From the NCBI RefSeq assembly GCF_009914755.1, contig NC_060926.1: 64,000 nucleotides of DNA; one strand, given 5' to 3'. Below the pieces are notes generated by a model, which worked only from the letters and a program-made list of their open reading frames with translations, had not been told where the DNA came from and did no database searches. This DNA comes from the human T2T-CHM13v2.0 reference genome, Homo sapiens. The position numbers were made by a program, and so were the translations under genes. Of the stretch, positions 53,130 through 64,000 are shown one piece after another (the stretch's first letter is position 1; every line of letters begins with the position of its first letter).

Positions 53130-54390
53130 TGCACCAGCCCTCCCTACAAGGCTCCTACCACCTGGCCACTGCTGCAGCCCGTCCATCGCTTTAAACCTGA
53201 CCCCCAACCCTGGCTGCAGCCGCCTGCCCTCCTAGCGTGGCCGCTCTCCTACCTCTCTGGCGCACTGCAGTCTCCGTCGCTGCCACCCACCCGCAGTGAG
53301 GCGAGTCATGGTGTCGCAGGCTCTAGGTGTCTCCTCCTCCTCCTGGCATGGAGTAGCTGGGCGGGCAAAGCCAGAAAAGCCTAGAGGAAGAGCGGTGGAA
53401 GGGTTAGAGCCTCAACTTGTCATGCTGGCCACTGGGTGGCAGGGGCCAGTTTCAGCAAAGGAACTCACACCCACCCTCCAAAGTCCAGCCTCTCCTTTTG
53501 GCCCAAGCTGGCCGGGAACTGGTGTCTGGGGTGGGTGCTGGAGACACCACAGCACCCAGCTCCCCACTCCACAGGAACCATTGGGCCCACCAGGGCTGCA
53601 CTCCTCAGGGAACAGGAGAAGCAGAAAAATTCAGACCCAGCCAGCCCTCCGCACCCAGGTGCCAATTCCTGTTCCGGACGCCTCCACACACAAGGCCCTG
53701 TTCCCCGTGGTGTCCCCAGGGGTGCCTGGCAGCCTCTGAGGCACAGACCCAGAGTGCACAGGCCCAGGAACCACGGTGGGTGTGGGGGCTCTGCCATGCT
53801 CAAGATTCCCACGCAAACGCTGTGTGCCTGCCGCACTCAAGTATGACCAAAAGTGGGTCACCCTCTGGAGTGTGGAGTCAGGGAGAAGAGAACCACTCCT
53901 TCCTTGGATGCCAACTCTGCTGACCGCCGCCAGCAGTGCAGCCCCTGATAGCACCGAACTCCCCCGCCCTCCACAGCTAGTCCTGCCCTCAATAGCGCCC
54001 CCCACCTCCGTCCCCCAATGCCGCCAGTAGCGTATACCCGATAGTTCCCTAACCTGTCCTCCTCCATGGGCATTGCAGCCCCAGAAAATGCCCATAACCC
54101 ACCCTCCCTGCCGTGGGCAGTGCAACCCTGTACAGTGCTACCAACCAGTACCCCTAATGCAGGCAATGACACCCTGGATAGCGCCCCCAACCCACCCCAC
54201 ACTGCGAAAGGTGCAGCCCTGTATAGCCCCTGTGCTACCACTCTGGTCATGCTGCAGTCTCTGTCACCACCACCACCAACCACAGTGAGGCAAGCCAGTG
54301 GGCCACAGGCTCTAGCACCCAGCAGCCAGGCACGTAGCAGCTCTTGCCAATGGCCGGCTCCTACTTGACCATGCTGCTATCTCCGTGGCC
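53130..54390. repeat. REP522-like GC-rich subtelomeric/pericentromeric repeat
   Basis: CTGCAGTCTCCGTCGCTGCCACC…GTGAGGCGAG…GCAGGCTCTAG occurs twice (~53265, ~54252), plus ~46-bp GCAGTGCAGCCCC-GATAGC units; matches recalled REP522 motifs. Confidence 0.72.
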
Positions 54391-55585
54391 ATCTTCTTTG
54401 ACTACAAAGGAATAAAACTAGATATCAATAAGAAGAGTAATTTTGGAAACAATACAATCACATGAAAGTTAAACACTACCCTCCTGAATAAATGACTAGC
54501 GGGTCAATGAACATACTAAGACAGAAATTCAAAAATTTCATGAAACAAAGGGTAACGAAAACACAGTATACCAAAACTTGTTATGCAGAAAGCAGTACAA
54601 AGGCAGAGATTTACAGCTATAAGTGCCTACTATCCAAACAAAAGAAAAACTTCAAATAAACAATACATCTTAAAGAACTAGTAAAGTAAGAACAAACTAA
54701 ACCGAAAATAAGAAAATAAATAAGATCGTAGCAGAAATAAAATTGAAAGAAAAAACACACAAGATTAAACGAAAAGTTGGTTTTCTGGAAAGCAAAACAA
54801 AATTGACAAACTTTTAACCAGGCTAACTAAGAAAAGAGAGACAAGATTCAAATAAATAAAATCAACAGATAAAAAAAGGAGACATTACAACTAATACTTC
54901 AGAAATTCAAAGGATCATAACTGGTTATTATATGCCAATAAATTGGAAAGCCTAGTAGAAATTGGCAAATTCCTAGATGCATACAACCTACTTAGGTTGA
55001 ACAATGAAAACATCCAAGACCAGAACAGATTGGTAACAAGTAATGAGATTGAAGCCATCAGGAAAAGTCTCCCAGTAAAGAAAAGCCCAGGAACTGATGT
55101 CTTCACTGCTGATGGCTTCACACCAAACAATTTAAAGACCTAGTACGAATCCTACTCAAACTATTTTGAAAAACAGGAGGGAATACTTCCAAACTTATTC
55201 TATGAGACCATTATTACTGTGATACCAAAATCAGACAAAGACATCAAAGAAGGAGACTACAGGCCAGTATCTCTAATATTGATGCAAAAATCCTCAACAA
55301 AATACCAGTGAATCAAATTCAGTAATACATTAAAAAGATAATTCATCATGATCAAGTGGGATGTATCCCTGGGATGCAAGGGTCAATCAACATACAATGT
55401 GATACATCATATCAACCAAATAAACGACAAAAACAGTATGATCATGTCAACTGAAACTGAAAAAGCATTTGATGAAATTCAACATCCCTTCATGCTATAA
55501 ATCCTCAAAGAAACGGGTACAGAAGAAACATATTGCAACATAATAAAAACTACAGGAAAGACACCCACAGCTAGAATCATATAGA
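54390..55585 (+). mobile_element. Old L1 ORF2 internal fragment
   Basis: KFLDAYNLLRLN-E-I…TSNEIEAIRKSLPVKKSPGTDVFTA; CATGATCAAGTGGGATGTATCCCTGGGATGCAAGG. Confidence 0.9.
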
Positions 55586-55587
55586 GT

Positions 55588-58405
<2,818 letters not shown>

Positions 58406-59029
58406 AGTGGATAGTGTATACTAAGCAACATATACCCTGCTTTTGCCTAGAACATACTGAAAACATGGCATTAAAAACAATCACGAAAGTTGGGAGCTGA
58501 GAAAAATCATATACTGTAAAACAAATCTGACAGATATTAATCTCAAGAAACTCCTGAAAATGTCTCAAGAACTCCTATGCTGCACTATCCCTAATAATTT
58601 AGATTTTCTACAGATATTTTCTGATCATCTACCATGTGCCAGGCACCATGCCAGGTACCAAGATGCCATGGTGAGGTATACACAAAACTGGCTCCTGCTT
58701 GCAGGAAGCCTACTCTCTAAAACAGTGCTTGCCAAGCTCGACTGATCACAACTTGGGAGCTTAAGTTCCAAATCGGCTTCCCTGCTTTGGTGAGCCACAA
58801 TCCGTGGCATTTTTATCAGGCGCTCCCAATGATTCCTACACTCTAACGGGTTTGGGAGGCAAGGGTGGGGGTAAGCTGGAGAGCCCAGAGCCATCCCGTC
58901 CAGCGGGAGCCCCACCTCTAAAGTCCATGTCGCTCAGCATCCTTCCCCCTGACTAGTGGCCCAAACACAGCACGAAGCTGAGGTGGGTAGAACGCTTTCC
59001 AAAATGGCACTCTGTGATGAGCCACCGAC

Positions 59030-60060
59030 AGACTTGCTCGCCTCCAGGGACGAAGAGCTCACTCCTCACAAACCCCACCTGGGAAAGGTAGCACCTGAGC
59101 CTCCTGGGCTGCGCCGACACTTGTCTCCCCGCGGGTGCCGCCTACTGCTCTGGTGGACTCCAGTCCCCAGATTCCGCCCCACAGGGACTGGGGTGAGGGG
59201 GGAGGCGCCGCGCGCATTAGGCCCCGACTGTATACCGACCCCCCCTCCGGTGTGCTCAGGCCAACACCCATACACACCCTCACACACCCACACACACCCA
59301 CACACACTCCCATGGAAACTGAGGCAGACAGGCGGTAGACCAGGTCCAGCCGCCTGACAGCTCGCGGCTGGGATCGAACCCGGACTGCAAGACGCCTTCC
59401 GCCTCACAGGCGCTCCTCAGCCGCTGAGGCCTGGCCTGGCTGCCACCGCCGGAGTTTCACAAAGAAAGTCTCCCGGCCCGAGCCCCTCACGCACTCACCG
59501 GCGCTGACGCCGGCTGCGACTCGGGCTCCCGCCGCCTTCAGCTCCTTGCGGGGGTCGGCCCTTGGGTCGGCTCGGGCGCCGGCGGCGACGACTGCTCCAT
59601 ATCCACGGGGTCCTGGCCGCGTCGGCCTCGAGCTAACGGTCCCGCCAGGTAGGCGCGCGCGCCAGTTCCGCGCGCCATGTTCCCGCCCTGCTGCGCGCCC
59701 CCGCGGCGACCCTCACTGCCCCCCAACCGCGCTCGACCCCCCTCCCCGCGCGCCCTGCCTCGCGCCCTCTGGAGCTGGCCGCTGTTCCCAGTGTCTCACC
59801 CACCCACGCCGGGCCTGTCCGACTTGGCGGGTGAGCGCGTGGTTCCCGGTTCCGCACCGCCGCCTGCCTCTCTGCAGACCACCCCAGACCTGACCCCTCG
59901 GCCACTTTCCCACACTGCCCCTTTCGCTTCCCCTACGACGCGGGGCCTAGGACGAGGGTCTGGGCCAAGAGGAACTTCCCCGCAAGAAGTGCCAAGCTAA
60001 GGACGCTACTAAGGGGGCGGGATCACCACAGTGGAGGTGTGCAAGCACGTGCCTGTGTCC
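59030..60060 (-). promoter_or_regulatory. CpG island; duplicated TTC28 promoter
   Basis: Very GC- and CpG-rich; GCGCGCGCGC runs, GC boxes, YY1-type CGCCATGTT at 59673-59681; surrounds the exon 1 paralog. Confidence 0.88.
59499..59600 (-). pseudogene. TTC28: Paralog of TTC28 coding exon 1 with a premature stop
   Basis: Minus strand reads MEQSSPPAPEPTQGPTPARS*RRREPESQPASAP, then donor GTGAGT (59498-59493); matches the recalled TTC28 N-terminus MEQSPPPAPEPTQGPTPARSRRRREPESPPASAP. Codon 21 is TGA (59540-59538). No exon 2 found. The symbol denotes the parent gene. Confidence 0.88.
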
Positions 60061-60163
60061 CGGAGACAGCCAGACTCAACGGAGAAGATGAGTTCAACTC
60101 CCACATCTCCACTATCCCTTGCGTGTTAGGGTCAGGGCTTCGGGACTTGTTTCTCCTAAATCT

Positions 60164-60455
60164 TTTTCTTTTTTTTTTTTGAGACAGTCTCGCTCTGTCA
60201 CCCAGGCTGGAGTGCTGTGGCCCGATCTTGGCTCACTGCAAGCTCCGCCTCCCGGGTTCATGCCATTCTCCTGCCTCAGCCTCCTGAGCAGCTGAGACTA
60301 CAGGCGCCTGCCACCGCCTGCTAATTTTTGTATTTTTAGTAGAGGTGGGGTTTCACCGTGTTAGCCAGGATGGTCTCCATCTCCTGACCTCGTGATCCTC
60401 CTGCCTCGGCCTCCCAAAGTGCTGAGATTACAGGCGTGAGCCAGCGCGCTCGGCC
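60164..60455 (-). mobile_element. AluY
   Basis: TSD TGTTTCTCCTAAATCT at 60148-60163 and 60456-60471. Confidence 0.96.
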
Positions 60456-60758
60456 TGTTTCTCCTAAATCTAAAGACTCAATATGATAATCAAGAGAACG
60501 CCTCAGTACCGCACCTAGCACTTAGTAGGTAGTGATCAAGAGAGAAGACCTCTTAAGTGGTTTTAATGGTTAAGGACCACAGGTTCTCAAGAAAGGGAAA
60601 TCTCAATTCAAGTCCCGCCTCCATCTCTTGGAAACTGAGAAACCTTGAACAAGTCACTCAGAGGAGCCAAAGATCCTTGATTTCTACATGTGCAAAAGGG
60701 GAGTGTGGCAGTAGCACTGCACAGGGTTGACTGAGCTTTCAGGGAGATGATGACTGTA

Positions 60759-62211
<1,453 letters not shown>

Positions 62212-62529
62212 CATATCCCAGGGCCCAATGCCTGGCACACACAAAGCTAAGTTTCACTGGTGTAATTCCCACCCTATCCATCCAAGACTCCTAAAAGTTT
62301 AATGAAAGGGCTCTGCTCCCAAAACCCTGTGGTATAAGTAGCTGGGAGGAGCTCGCCCAACTTGGGGCTGCAAGGACTCTTTCTTCCCGCATCTTTGCTT
62401 TCCTCTCTCTCCGCCAAACTTCTCTGAAAACCCTAAAGTTGGCAGAAAAATGGAGAATGTTTTCCCTACTAAAAAAAAGAATCTTCAAGGTCTCTTGGAA
62501 TTTGTAAATGGGTGCATTTACTAGTCTGT

Positions 62530-64000
<1,471 letters not shown>

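Noticed and set aside
47404-53207. Pro/Leu/Ala/Trp- or Gly/Gln/Arg-rich ORFs up to 313 aa on both strands
   Set aside because: Translations of the CAGGG repeat; open in several frames with no gene structure.
59499-59600. Authentic TTC28 locus
   Set aside because: In-frame TGA at codon 21, and the intron runs into satellite/CAGGG DNA after a few kb.

Overview
Primate (human-like) genomic DNA with no intact protein-coding gene. It reads as a pericentromeric segmental-duplication mosaic. Left to right: the probable 3' flank of an Ig kappa V segment or orphon; an internally deleted HERV-L provirus (MLT2A LTRs) with a second MLT2A LTR nested inversely in its 3' LTR; ~23 kb of Alu/L1/MaLR-rich DNA holding one orphan pseudo-exon of a TRIM43/48/49-family gene (RING + B-box); ~13 kb of AT-rich sequence of unassigned origin; a ~3 kb almost G-free CATTT/CATCT satellite; ~6 kb of G-rich CAGGG repeat with an internal inversion and higher-order structure; a REP522-like block; an old L1; and an Alu-dense block with a CpG island and a paralog of TTC28 exon 1 (premature stop), i.e. 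the 22q12 CHEK2/TTC28 duplicon; then a young L1PA. Family names come from recalled consensus sequences, not from a database search, and most boundaries are approximate. I found no clearly novel system. The best leads are the captured TTC28 promoter/first exon pointing into the satellite arrays, the architecture of the CAGGG array, and the co-occurrence of DUX4/zygotic-activation-associated elements.
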